Under the pieces are notes generated by a model. That model saw only the letters and a list, made by a program, of their open reading frames with translations. It was not told the origin of the DNA and ran no database searches. A program made the translations under genes and the position numbers. A stretch of DNA of 64,000 bases from Zootoca vivipara (Eukaryota). This document shows, piece after piece, positions 34,001 to 47,451 of the stretch (positions are counted from its first letter, which is position 1; every line of letters starts with the position of its first letter). The DNA is taken from NCBI RefSeq assembly GCF_963506605.1, contig NC_083288.1:28830001-28894000 (forward strand), in the 5' to 3' direction.

Positions 34001-35623
34001 GAGGCTGCCTGCCAGGCAGGGGACTCAAACTAAAGTATGTCAAGAAAATTGGTTTCATCTAAGAGTACAAGCAAATTGTTGCATTTGTGACCAGAGGGTC
34101 ACTGCTATAAACACAGGAAACTTTGAAGCTCCCTTATACTGAGTCAGACATGAATCTCACTTATATTGCTGAAACATTGTGTTCCAATTATAATGTCTTC
34201 CCTCTTTCATGAATGAGTTGTAAGAAGGGTTTTTATTAGCCTGAGTATGAGAGGGAGAGAGAAAATAATTGCTGATCTGATTATTTCTAATGCGTCTAAT
34301 TCTCCTTCCAACACACACACACACACACACACAAAATCTGGAAAGAGCATTGAAGTATGAAAATGGCATTGGATTCTCATACTCCACATGAAAACAGTCA
34401 AGAGTTTCCTACCTGTGGAATCTTATGAATATGCAAAATAGTTCCCACATGAAGCGAGATTTCAGAGTCAAGCCCCCCAATGACAGCTGTCAGATTATTC
34501 TGGATGTCACATATATAATTGGGGACAAATTTCTCCAGTGTTGATAAAAGTAGCATTGTGGCATGATAAGTCTTCTTTGCATTGTCATTGCTGTCATAGA
34601 TGTGGAAGCCCAAGGTGTGATTGGGTAAGATGTGAGGGTTTTCGTTGATCTCCTTTATTGCAAATGCCAAGGCCAGGATGTGCTGGTAAGCCTTAGGCAC
34701 CACCCTAGAACAAGAGTTGCAATCTGTGTCAAAATACTTCATACTGGAAAGCCCCTTACATTTCAACTCAGAAGTTAATCAGTTTGCATTCAGTGGGATT
34801 TACTCCAATGAAAGTGATTGTGCGGTAAGTGCTGCATCTTCTGGAGGCTCTGGAGGAGAATCCTGCAAGTGAAGCAATGTCATCAATGATTAACTCTCAT
34901 GAGTGATGATACATATGAGATGGATAGTGTGGGTACTGCACTCTGAATTTAATAATATGGGGTTCAGTAGGGTTTATAAGTGGGAATAAGATTTTCAGGA
35001 AGTTAAAATGACCATAAATGGTCTGGCTGTTGTTGTTTTTTAAAAAAATATTTTAGTTTAAAAAAACAATAACAGCTATTTAAAGATGGTATTTCAGATA
35101 CACAAAATGGATATTCCTTTCGATGAAGCATTATTTCTCCTGTGGAGAAATGGGAGATTATTTTCTTCATTATTTCTTTAAAAACATTAATTTAAAAGCA
35201 CACACTTCTCCATTTTCAGTCAGAAATGGATCATATCATTCAAAGGGAGCTGTTTCCAAATAAGAGTGCATATGTTTGCAGCCTCAGCGGGTGTTTTCAG
35301 GCTGATAATTCAAGTGACATGAGAAATATAAATAAAAAACCAAACGACAATTATTAGTATATGTGCTGCCGAAGCGAGCACACCCAACAACAATTATGTT
35401 CTTACAGAAGCTCTTCAGGCAATGCTGGTGGGGGGTTTTCAGTGAAGGCTGTTGGACTGGAGTAGAAACCACCATGAGCAACTATGCCACCAATAATAAA
35501 ATCTCCTGACTGATGATATGTGTGAACTGGATGGTGTGGATCCTGCACCCTGCATTTTGCCACGCGGGCATTGCATATCTTGTTAGGAAACATTGCCAGC
35601 AGCAACATTACCAAATCCGCCAT
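28062..35623 (-). CDS. Vomeronasal type-2 receptor V2R-B, intact, 6 exons, 874 aa
   Basis: Minus-strand exons 35623-35406, 34704-34413, 33613-32753, 32028-31801, 30311-30185 and 28960-28062 (218/292/861/228/127/899 bp). GT-AG junctions, frame open throughout, V2R motifs as in V2R-A. Confidence 0.94.
29109..29228. mobile_element. hAT-type MITE, internally deleted
   Basis: Ends CAGGCATGGC...GCCATGCCTG; the core GGACTACAACTCC..ATCCCTAGCTAACAGGACCAGTGG is shared with the 3400 copy. Confidence 0.7.
29446..29581. mobile_element. hAT-type MITE (same family as 3400-3535)
   Basis: Near-identical to the 3400 copy; TSD GATTATAG/GATTGCAG. Confidence 0.85.
30799..31215. mobile_element. Tc1/mariner-type MITE with internal tandem units (TTTATGAAC subfamily)
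   Basis: TA-CAGTGGAACCTC...GAGGTACCACTG-TA. Internal repeats are the reverse complement of those at 11513. Confidence 0.85.
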
Positions 35624-36304
35624 CCTTAGAACAAGGGGAAATCTTCCTTATGCACAAATATTTCCTTATTCTCTTCTAGAATACTCTCATTACTTTTACA
35701 CTGTCTCTCTTGAATCTAGGAGCACCCAACACCCTAGTGGATCCCGTACCTTTTAAATGGTACTGGGTATGCTTATAACATGTTCCACAGGTTTTGCTGT
35801 GAGTTTTGCCAGTGTTCACTTCAACTCCATAGGGGCTTTGGGAAGCAGCAGAATTAATCACAGTACTTTTGATCATGAAACAGGAAGATAATTATTGAGT
35901 CAGAATGGGAGATTCCCTGCAGAACTGCTGTTACATTTCCAATAGTATCATTTTGAATTCTCTTCTTTTAGATAATATGGGAACAAGGGTGTAGTAGTGA
36001 ATTTTGATGTTAGGCGCTCATTTTAACAGCCGCTGTAGCCAAAAGGGACTCCCTAATGGAGAGTGGTGTACACAGAATGTTCGAATTAGGCTGCGGAGAC
36101 CTGGGTTCACATCACCAATAAGCCATAAGACATTACTACAATGCTGTTCATAATAGTTGTCTGGGAGTAAGGTCCACTGAATTCAGTGGTTCTTATCTCA
36201 GCATAGTTTTACACATTTCAACATGCAAAGCACAATTATTTTTTTAAGAAAAGATCTTTAGTGAGCTAAAATGTGATCTTAAGGTTTTATTTAAAAATGC
36301 AAAC

Positions 36305-36338
<34 letters not shown>

Positions 36339-36821
36339 AAGTTACTCCATAAACTGCTAGTATAAAGGAGGAATGCTATTGAAGGAAATGATACATTCTC
36401 TGCTTGATTGTTATCCTTAGTTTGTGATGCTTGCTCCTTCACAAGGAACAGTAAAAGCTGAAAGGCTCATTATATTCTCATTATCACAGAGACTGTGTTG
36501 TTACCTTTGTACTGTAGCAGGTGATGATATCAATTGTGTTCTGAAACACACACATCCAGAGCTGACCTCTGTTGGTTTCTGAACCTATTCCCCATGACAA
36601 AGAATAACTGGGATTGGGATGATGATTCAAGTCCAAGAAAAGAAAACCAGAAATAATAAGAGGACAAATGTGGATCAGCAAAAAAATATTGTAGGGGTTA
36701 AATTCTGATGCATTATAAACGGATCAAGTGTGACTGTCCCGATAAAAACAAGAGCACAAATAGCCATGAATACACAAGGTTCAAGAGAAGCTTTGAGAGT
36801 GTTTTTTTAAAATATAATGTA

Positions 36822-37158
36822 CAGTGGAACCTCGGTTTATGAACACCTCGGTTTATGAATTTTCGGTTTATGAACGCCGCGGACCCATCTGGAACGGATT
36901 AATTCATTTTCCATTAATTTCAATGGGAAAGTTCGCTTCAGTTTATGAACGCTTCAGTTTATGAACAGACTTCTGGAACCAATTACACCCATGCTTCAGT
37001 TTATGAACGCTTCAGTTTAAGTACTCTGCGGACCCATCTGGAACGGATTAATCCACTTTCCATTACTTTCAATGGGAAACTTCGCTTCAGTTTATGAACG
37101 CTTCAGTTTATGAACAGACTTCCGGAACCAATTGTGTTCATAAACCGAGGTACCACTG
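36822..37158. mobile_element. Tc1/mariner-type MITE (TTTATGAAC subfamily)
   Basis: TA-CAGTGGAACCTCGG...CCGAGGTACCACTG-TA. Nearly identical to the 30799 copy with one fewer unit. Confidence 0.85.
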
Positions 37159-38425
37159 TACATACTGTAAACCTGAGGGCAAGGACTTTTTTACTGCTGA
37201 TCTTTGCTAACTATTATGGGAGCCTTGTTGATGAAAAAGAAAGCTTTAAATGCTTCTATTATAAAACAAACACACATGTGAAGATTCCACTAGAACTACT
37301 GCTTCATTTATTTAAAAAGAGAAAAAAAACAGATATTTAATTCTTCATTTTGTTAATGCTTGTTATCTGTTCCCTATTATTCAGCTCAGGCCTCAACAAA
37401 ATAATATAACATTTGGGGGAAAAGATGCAACCTAATAGACCAGCACTGGAGGCTAAGATAGAGAAGATCTCCACAGCTACAGTGTATTTCCCCTTGGTAC
37501 TCAGGTAGGATGGAACAAAGGACAACCAAACACTGCAAAATACCAACATGCTGAAAGTGATAAACTTTGCTTCATTGAAAATGTCTGGTAATTTCCTGGC
37601 AAGGAAAGCCACTGTGAAACTGATTATTGCTAGAAGGCCCATGTAACTAAGGACACAGTAAAACATAATCACAGTCCCCACATTACATTCTAGTATAATT
37701 TCCTCAGGCATTGAGTGCTTGTCAACATCGGGGAATGGGGGAGAGATTGCCAACCACAGTGTACAGATGCCTGTTTGAATAAGGGAGCAGCAAATGACAA
37801 TGGAGTTGGCCAGCCTTCTCCCTACCCACATTCTCATCCTGGATCCTGGTTTTGTGGCCGTGAAAGCCAGAATCACAGTGACTGTTTTTGCCAGTACACA
37901 GGAAACAGCCACTGAAAAGATGATGCCAAAAGCAGCTTGTTGCAGAAGACATGTCATCTTCTTAGGCTGGCCAATGAACAGTAAAGCACAAAGAAAGCAT
38001 AGCAAGAGGGTGACAAGGAGAGTATAGGTGATATTCTGGTTGTTGGCTTTGACAATGGGAGTCTTGTGGTTCTTCAGAAATGTTCCCAGTACCAGAGTTG
38101 TGATGAAAGCAAAAGAAAGCGCAAATATAGCTAAACTGCTGCCTAAAGGTTCTTCATACGACAAGAAGCTGATGCCTTTAGGAATACATATATCTCGTTC
38201 CTTGCTTGGATAGTTTTCATCTGAGCATTTTGTACAGTCATTCATATCTGGGAAAAGAAAAGTATTAACCTTAGCTTACATACACTGTATATAATATCAG
38301 TCCCAGAAACATCCTCACACTCAGAAAAAAAGAACAATGTATCTATCCAAATTGGAAAACTCTATGAATTGTTGTAGGGACTTGTTTAATTGCTTTGGAG
38401 CTATGTTGTGCTAGAATATGATAGT

Positions 38426-38754
38426 GTAGAAATTGGAGTTCTTGGTGAAGTCCAGAAATAAACAGTAAATTGCAAGAACTCGGGCCAGGAGGAAGATGAA
38501 TTTCAAGTAAGTCTTCAAAAGGTTTTATTTATGTAATGATAAGATGAATTCAAATAGGAATCAATTCCAGTATGATAGTGAGGCAAATAAAAATAAATTC
38601 CAGCGAAAAAAATCCCAGGACTAGGCCCTGTTTCGACAATTCTTCATCAGCAATGTTTTAATGGTCAGAGTGTACCAAGGCAAACATTTTCGTTGACCTT
38701 GCACAGAAGGGAATTCATCTTATCATTACATAAATAAAACCTTTTGAAGACTTA
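38426..38754 (-). mobile_element. Penelope-like (pLTR) insertion with inverted 45-bp end and hammerhead core
   Basis: 15-bp direct repeat CTAGAATATGATAGT (38411-38425 / 38755-38769). Perfect 45-bp inverted repeat 38507-38551 / 38711-38755 containing AATAAA. Minus-strand CTGATGA...GAAA core. Confidence 0.7.
38619..38650 (-). ncRNA. Minimal type I hammerhead ribozyme core (possibly degenerate)
   Basis: Minus strand reads CTGATGA-AGAATTGTC-GAAA-CAGGGCCTAG-TC: both catalytic boxes, a very short stem II, a near-palindromic stem III and a GUC triplet. Stem I pairing is poor. Confidence 0.55.
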
Positions 38755-40178
38755 CTAGAATATGATAGTAGGCTATAATGGCAAGGGTGTGGTAAGCCAG
38801 ATGAGGTTTGCAAAAAGCATCCCATGACTGTGATGAGGGAGTAGTGGCTGGTGCAAAATTGACCATATTCTCAGTTTTGTGAGAAAGAGGGAGAGGGAAA
38901 CCTGCCCTTAGCTTTCAGAATAAGGAAGCAGCAGCGGAAGATAGATGGTATTATCACAGAACTGAAGAACAAGTAGAAAAAGCTGAATAGTGTGAAAATA
39001 CCTTGTTCAATGGTGGTGTATACATCAGCACTTTGTAACCAATCAGCATGTAACATGATATACCCTCCTGATGGCAACATGCATAAAAATAATTCCTGGG
39101 CACCCATGAGGTGTACAGCCTTTGGAATCCATTCCCCAGTACCATCTTACTGCAGTCTGAATAAAATATTTCTTTTTTCCATCCTGGTGTGATTATTGGC
39201 TCTGGTCAGCACAGCATCAGACTCTTATCTATAGAGTATCCCCTTTGAAAGTAGCTTGTTAGCTATGACTAGATATAGATCCCCTTCATTTATGAGGGAA
39301 CTAAGTGCAATTAACTGTGCAATCATCTATGTCTCTTACCTTCCTGGTTTGAAATCTTGCCCTCTGGACATAAGATGCAGTCATAACAGCAAAATGGCTT
39401 CCCTTCTTTCACTTTCTTGCTAGATCCGGGTTGGCAACTTTCAGTGCAGGCCGAAAGAGGACAGGCCTAATCCATAAATGAAAGAGCCGAATGATAATAA
39501 TAAAAACAACGCATTTGGAATCCCTCAGGTTCTGGACCCAGCTTGGTGTTACTAAAGTGACACAGCATTTCAGTAGGATATGAATTGGCTCCATTGGCTC
39601 CACTGGACACTGTAGAAGCAATTGCCAGCCCTAGTCTCAACAGCCACTATCTGAGGAGGAGGAAGTCATTTGGGGACATTTGATGAATTCATTCTCTATA
39701 TATTCCAATACAAAATGTCCTGATCCATACCATCAGAATGTGAAGTTAACTATCCCACATATTGTGCTTCTTTGATCAAAATATGTAATTAAATTTGTAT
39801 TCTGGGAGAAAATATGCATATTAAGTAAACATGTTCATCAAGCCAGTTTTGTTTTTTAAAAGGAGCTTAACTGGGCTATTCATAAAAATATGCATCAATA
39901 ACAGTGGGAAGATAGCTTAGTTGTACAGACAGTATACAAAAGTAATATGTAAATAAATAAGGAAAACGGCAGTAAATATCAGTGTGTGCCATGACTCCTG
40001 CACCAGTCTCTTCACCTCATCACTGTCCTTCCCTTCCTCCACTATCTCCACTTCCACTACCGCCCATCCCTTTCTGTCTTCTACAGCTCCCCAATGAACT
40101 TCAGTTGTCTCCTCTATACTTCCTGCTGTCAACTCTCAGTTTCTCCCTCTGGCCTCATTTCATCCCCTGTTGCCTTTG

Positions 40179-40967
40179 TGTCATGATATATCAGGACACC
40201 GAGGAAGGGGAAGAGGATCCTGGCAAGGAGTCTTAGCCACAACGGGTACAAATTGAAGATTGGACAGGTTAGTGACTTAGGAGGTGCTCACAGGACAGTA
40301 GGGGATGTTGAAGGGGCAGCTGACAGTCCATGGGAGCCAGGGGGAAAGGACACATCACTATAACCAGAGATGCCTCCATCTCTATGGACACAGGTGGCAT
40401 CTCTGAGGCATCAGGAGCAGTGGGAAACACACTCTAGAAGACTGAGACAGGCAAGGGAACATAGCCCAGCTCACTAATTGACCGGATGAACATCATGAGG
40501 CTTGTTAGTTCTGGGAGGAGGTTTGTGGTCACTCAGATGGATGAGGCTCAGGGCAGGTGGGGATCACATGCCTCATCAAGTGGAGAGACACAATTGCTTA
40601 GCTGGAGAAAACCCAGATCATCAACCAAGATCGGAAGGGATGAAAGGGAAGCAAGGAAGATGCACTATGTTAATGAAACATGGCTGGCTGGCTGTAGACT
40701 TTTGATTTCAGGACTGACTCTCGGTTTTCTGACCCTGAATCTGCTGCAGAGGCAGGAACCTGGCCTTACTGTTATTGACTCTGGACTTTTCTTGTTGTAT
40801 TGGACCTGGACCAGTATTGGACCTTTTGTACTGTCTAGCATTGCCCTTGGGACTGTTTGCACTGTCTGTGTACTCGGCGTGGGGGAGGAACGACCCCCCA
40901 GGCATAACGCAGGAATCTTTCCAGCCGTCTCCCCAATTTCTTCATGACCCATGCCTTGTTGTTGACA
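40179..40967. mobile_element. Probable solo LTR in V2R-C intron 4
   Basis: TGTCA...TGACA ends. GC-richer block absent from the homologous intron of V2R-B. TSD not convincing. Confidence 0.4.
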
Positions 40968-41332
40968 CTGGGCACATGCTCCATAAATCTTGCAGAGTAA
41001 AAACACAGAAGAGTGAGGCAGAGGTTTGTGCACTAAGCTACTTTATTGCTAAGAATTAAGCAGAACAAAAGAAAGCATGTCTCATCTCGGAGAGAGAAAT
41101 CCGGAGAAGAAAACAACAACAAATGGAAACAGAATACAGCAACATTCGCTCCCAGGTCTCTTCTGGAATGTGTAAACACAGTCTTGTGACTGCCTAACTG
41201 CACAGTGAGAGGAAATAGAAACCTAATATGCACCAGTAGAGCTTACCTCCAGGAATGCAGGGGTTCAGGACATTCCTCCACCCACTCACTCATATCCTTT
41301 GCCTCACCCTTTCAGTCACATCTTATCCTATC

Positions 41333-41381
<49 letters not shown>

Positions 41382-42417
41382 TTTTTTGGTCCACACTATA
41401 TCCTCTTTTCAAAATAAAGCAAAGTGTTCGTAGTTTTAAATGAAATCAGTTTTAAACTTCAGGATAAAACATCAGGGTTCCTTTATTATTGGACCTTTTG
41501 CTAAATGCCTGTCACTTGGATTCTACCTGGTTAAACCAGCTGTGCCAAGTTATTACATCTTTATCAATGGTGAATGCTTGATCTGAAGAAGCTTCAGGAT
41601 CCATCCTTCCGACCCTCACTCTATGAAGGGATTGATTGGAGAATATAATCCAATTGATAATATCCAAGCTAGATGCTACCTCCCCATTCTTGTTGAAGGA
41701 TACCACATCTCCTGCACTGTTGTTAAATGAGATACTTCTCAGAAAGTGGTGGAGCTAAATTGAAAACAGAAAAGATGGGTGTTTAGAAAAGGCTGCAGTC
41801 TAATACAGGTCTGAGCAATCTTTTTTTCCCTGTGGCCAGAACCTACAGTGCATAGAGTCAGGGTCAAGCATGTACAGAGCCAACCAATTTTCTCTCACAT
41901 AAATGTTTTCCTCTTATTCTTTCTGTCAGGCTTCTCTCTCCTTGCTCCATACCTCAGACAGAAGAGTGGTGTGTGACCACTTGCTCGAAGGAAAATTTTT
42001 GCAGGCTGTCAAGGGTGTTTCACAGCCAAAGGAATGCGCATGACAGGTAATTATTTATTGTCAAACATATCACTTGCAGTCGCTTCTACAGCTCTGGATG
42101 CCTATGCACAACAATATAGCAGCTACGCAGCTACTCCCAGGTTTGCACTCTATGGCGCAGTTGCCACAACAACGGAAATAGCAAGAATGCTGCGCATCTC
42201 TGTTGACTATTACCACAGCTTCCTGACTGTTAGTGAAATGACATCTCAATGGGCCACAAAACATCTCCTATGCAAATGCTTTATCATGTACACAGTGGTT
42301 TCTGCTCAAAGAAAGATACAGCCATCATCTGTCCACAAAATTATAGATTCAGTTCCTCTTCCTATTTCATATGCCCAATTTTTTTTAACCCTGAGAGGAA
42401 GGAGCAAGCTGACAGTA

Positions 42418-42849
42418 CAGTAGTACCACACAAGACGAATGCCTCGCACAACGGAAAACTCACAAGACAAACGAGTTTTGCGTTGCGCGAGGGACTCGCA
42501 AGACGGCAAGGTTTTCTATGGCCACCGCTTTGTCTTGCGAAGCACGGCCATAGAATGTAGCACAGGAAGGCGGCAAAGGAAGATCAGCTGTCAGCGCGGG
42601 AAGCTGACAGCTGATCTTCCTTTGCCTTCTTCCCGTGCTACAGCTGGTGGCGGCAGCCCCAGTAAGGAGCGCCCGCCGAGCTTTGGCTCCATCCCCGGGG
42701 GACGGAGCCGAAGCACGGCGGTACGGGGGCTGCCACGCATGATTAAGTTTCAATGCATTCCTATGGGAAACCGCAACTCGCATGACGAATTTTTCGTAGG
42801 ATGTATTGAGTACTGGAACGAATTAAATTAGTCTTGCAAGGCACCACTG
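42418..42849. mobile_element. Tc1/mariner-type MITE
   Basis: TA-CAGTAGTACCACACAAGAC...GTCTTGCAAGGCACCACTG-TA. CpG-rich, with internal palindrome GGAAGATCAGCTGTCAGC...GCTGACAGCTGATCTTCC. Confidence 0.75.
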
Positions 42850-43788
42850 TACTTTGGAAACCCATACATTGTGAGGGAGTAACGGTGCTCTTCCATGTTG
42901 AGGATGTTCAACCCGTTACCTGCCAAAACAGTTGATTCTGATTCTTCACTCTCCCTCCATATGCCATTCCTCTGTGTCTGAGTCTGGATGTGGACATAGC
43001 ATGCAAAGCATGAGCCATGGCATAGACTTCACCATGGATACTGTAACTGTGGCCTGTCATACTCATTTCAAAAAATGATCCTGGAAGGTTCTCCAACTTC
43101 TCTTCTCCTGTGCAAATGTTTCCCTCCACCTTGTCTGCAGTGCCATCTGGGAATACACAATCAAAAGCCTGTTGCCAGAAGTCCCTGATAAAGCCATCCC
43201 CATCTGTGTTGGAAGGGTTTCTGTGCTCAACATATTGATGAAATCCTGGTAGGTCACTGAAGTGAATTTCAAAAGATATAGCACCATTGAATAGTCCTGA
43301 ATCCCAGTTTCTTTGAAAGACAAATGAAGTGAATTCAATCTCAGTTGTTATTATCCAAACTTTACTTTTTACAGTGCCATGGAATAAAAGTCTCCATTGG
43401 CCACCACTACATTAGCTTTGCTGCTCATTATATTATCATGTATTTTTGCCCCCTGTTGTAGCATGTCATTAATTTCAGGGATGAAACTATAATTAGGAAT
43501 TCTTTCTATGAAGGCAAAACAGATGCCCTTTGGAGAAAACAATTGAACTACTGTATGTACAAATCTTTCCCCGTTGTCATTGTCCATTGCAGTGACCCCA
43601 ATCCATGTCCACTTGAAATGCAGAAGCAGAGAGATAATTCCCTCATATTGAAGGTCTTCCTGGGCTGTCAACTGGTAGAAGGCAAGCCCTGGGGTTTTAT
43701 CATTCATCACGGGAGCAGAGCCATAAATGAGCTAAAGAGGAAAGGGAGGAAGGGAAAAGGCACAATATAATTTCCAGTGTTATTTCCA

Positions 43789-44045
43789 GAGAGCCAGTGT
43801 AGTGTAGTGGTTAAGAGCAGTAGACTCGTAATCTGGGGACCCGGGTTCGCGTCTCTGCTCCTCCACATGCAGCTGCTGGGTGACCTTGGGCTAGTCACTT
43901 CTCTAAAGTTTCTCAGCCCCACTCACCTCACAGAGTGTTTGTTGTGGGGGAGGAATGGGAAAGGAGAATGTTAACCGCTTTGAGACTCCTTAGGGTAGTG
44001 ATAAAGTGGGATATCAAATCCAAACTCTTATTATTATTATTATTT
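43789..44045 (+). mobile_element. tRNA-derived SINE (Squam3-like)
   Basis: Head GAGAGCCAGTGTAGTGTAGTGGTTAAGAGC...GGGTTCGCGTCTC, CORE-like GGGTGACCTTGGGCTAGTCAC, and (TTA)n tail. Lies ~55 bp from the V2R-C exon-3 acceptor. Confidence 0.75.
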
Positions 44046-44227
44046 CAAACTATTTATGTACATTATATGATGAATTCCATTGGCTGCATGCTATCTTTCA
44101 TTTATACAAAATGCACACATTCATATGAGCTGAAAACTGGGATAATTTCCCATTCCTGCTTGTTAAACATTTGATCTGATGAGTGGGGATAGGCACTGTG
44201 TCTATTTATTTATTTATTTAGGTAGGG

Positions 44228-44266
<39 letters not shown>

Positions 44267-47200
44267 ATTGCTGAATTTGGTAGGTCTTGTGGGTTGAATA
44301 AAATTGATGGGAGGGGCACACCAGGCCCCAATAAGAGTATTAGCTACCCTTGCATAAGATACTATTTAGCTATGTCAGAATTGTAAGTTGGGGAATTTAT
44401 TTTTCTAGAGCCTCTCCTTTTTTCTTCATGATGCACAGACGACCCAGCCCAGAGCAAAACTGAGATTTCTGCTTCCTTTTTCCAAGATTCCTCACACTTC
44501 TTTTTGAACCCTTATTTCAATTGTGAACCAGCTGCTCACTACTATTACTCCTTTCCTGCAAAGCTTGATTGTTTCTGCTACTTAGCACAACTTCATTATG
44601 TGTTTAATTTTTCCCAAACCCATTGCTTTTGGGGCATGGTGTGGTGAGGAGGGAGAAGGATGTTAGCGCCAGTTACCTGTGTGTAAGCTCTCCCCCCCCC
44701 CAACATATACACACTGAATGCACATGCCTTCCTCACTAAGTAGAAAATGCTGTATACTCAAACATAGGTGGTAAGAGAGAAGTCCATTATTCCACCAGTG
44801 GACCTTGGGATATCAGTTTCCTGCAAAGGGGAGGGAGTTGAAATAGAGAATGTATTATTCTCCCCTCCCATGCAAATTTACTGCAAAGCAATGTTTTCAT
44901 TGAAGAGCATAGTAGAAATGAAAGGGTGGATGCTAGAAAGCTCCCTCTCCTACAAGGAATGCTTGATAACAGAGTTATTGCTGGAGTGGGGGACCTACAC
45001 CCTGAATTGGTGCTGGGTACCTAGCCTCTTCTTTTCCTCTATGCAATCTAAAAAAGGTATTGCACATAAATGTCCTACCTGTGGAATCTTATAGATATCC
45101 AAAATTGTTGCCACATAAAAGGAGATTTCCGAGTCGATTCCCCCAATAACCCCTGTCAGATTATTTTCAATATCACATACATAGTTGGGGACACATTTTT
45201 CCAGTTTGGATAAAAGTATCAGTGTGGCAAGATACGTCTTCCTTGCATTAATATAGCTGTCATAGATATGGAAGCCCAAGGTGATATTGGGCAAAATGTG
45301 GGAGCATCCATTGATCTCCTTAACTGCAAATGCCAAAGCCAGGATGTGCTGATAAGCCTTGGGTACCACCCTAGAATGAGAGTTGCAGATTGTTTCAGAA
45401 GCATCTTCAACACTTGGACCATTTAAATGTCTGCATAGAAATTAATCATATTGAATTCAGCTGGGTTTACTACTGCGCTACTAGACTGTTAATCCATACA
45501 CCTCGACCAAGAACTAAACCTAAAAGAGCACAATGGAACTTATTTTCAATTGTGGGATCAGTATATTTTCACTGTATTTAATATTCCTTAGTATATATCC
45601 CATAAATGGGAGCTTCTGTGTTATTCCCTTTATTCACAGCTGATTCATGTTAGTTTTCAGATCAGTGTGTTTTATTTAAATCAAAGGTAACAGAGTTGAC
45701 ATTTGCAGCATCAGCCATTGTTCTGAAGCTGCAGCTCTGGGATTGTTCATGAGAGGCTGAGTTCTTACACAAGCTCTTCAGGCTGTACTGGTGGAGGTTC
45801 CTCCATGAATGTTGCTGAAGTGGATAAGAAGGCACCATGGGAAACAATGCCACCGATGATGAAATCTCCTGGCTGATGATACATGTGAAGTGGACGATGA
45901 GGACCTTGGAGCCTACATTTTGCTATGTGAGCCTTACATACCATGTAAGGAAACAGCTCCAGCAGGAAGATTGGTAAAACAACCATCCTTAATACAATAT
46001 AATCTTCATTCTACACAGAAACCACTGTTTTTCTGGCAATACTATGAATGGCATCTCCAAGATGAAAATTGTCTGATTTGAATGGTAATTTAGTTTCCTG
46101 AGAGACTGCAATTTGGGCGTCTGCAAGCTCAGACCTGTGAATCCCAGACCCTATCTATTCTGATTAGATTTATAGTATCCTTTGACAGTTATCACTGAAA
46201 ATCAAAAAGGATTTTTGAGAAGCAGCAGCTTTAATTATAGTCCTCTTAATAATCAAACAGGAAAGTAGTTATTCATCAAGTGCAAGGTATTCCCTGTGGA
46301 AATGCTTAAGAAAATGTGTTTGTCACATATTCAGAACTGTCACTTTTTAATTCCCTTTAATTCCCTTTAGTTAGATAATAAGGGACCAGTGGTGTAGTGG
46401 TGAATTTTGAAGTTAGGAGCTCATCATAACAAACCCTATAACCAATTGGGACTAAAAAATGTAGTATGGTGCAGTTAGGATCTTGGGAATTGTCTGAGAA
46501 GACCTGGATCTATATTCCTGATCAGCCATGTGTCATGACTACAATCCTATGCACAATACTTACTTGGGAGTAAGCTCTGATGACTTCCATGAGCTTATCT
46601 CTAATTGCATAGTTGTACAAGACTTGTAAAAAATATAAAGGAGACAATACCATTAAAGGAAAAGAAAATGCTGTCTCTATTATCACCCCACATCTTCGAA
46701 TTCCACTATACTAATGACAAACAGCAGTGAAACTTGGAAGCTTAGTTACTGCTTCATTAACTTCCGTTAGCATGGAGCATCTTGTGCTCTGGGAGATGGT
46801 GACAAATCTGCTGTTGTATAGCACAGCAAGGGAGAATAGAGTTTGGAATTACCCAAGACAAGGGAAACCAACAAGCAAAGAAACCACAAGAAATAGTATA
46901 TGACATTTTTTTTATTAAAAAATATTTCAAGATCCCTCTCCACACAGTGCTCTTCTCTCCCTCACACAGTCAACATTCTGATAATACTTCTTGCATTCTT
47001 GATCAACCCACAGATTAAGAAAAAGTGGACACTTCAAGACTGAGAGTAAAATGCACGTGCTTTGTAAGGGGAAGAGCCTTGTTTTGATTTCCAGTACCTC
47101 TAGTCAAAATGAAGTCAGGGAGCCTCAGTTTCAAATCCTTGCCAGAGTAACTAATGCTGGGTTAGGTGGTCCACTCCATTACATACAACTCATCACACTC

Positions 47201-47451
47201 AAGTTGAATGAAGGGCTGCCTATAAGGATCACTTATGAGCATTATAGATTACCATTGGTTGTAAAACAACAGAAATGAGATAACTAAACCTTTCAAAATT
47301 GGATTTTGTAAAGAAATAAATGGTGCTTATATAAGTATGTTGAAAATATCCTACATCTCTATATATCTGCCAAATATGGTAGACATCATTTTAAAAAACA
47401 AATTAGCAGAAACTTTGTGGTTCCCCACATTCAAAGGGTGTGTCAAAGTTT

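Larger units (their letters stand above)
37337..45986 (-). pseudogene. Vomeronasal type-2 receptor V2R-C, frameshifted (49-bp deletion in exon 3)
   Basis: Minus-strand exons 45986-45769, 45370-45079, 43731-42920, 41754-41527, 39466-39340 and 38247-37337. Exon 3 is 812 bp against 861 bp in B and D. The frame ends ...FYSMAL-TAA (43369), and the homologous KVWIITTEIEF continues in another frame. The other exons and splice sites are intact. Confidence 0.88.
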
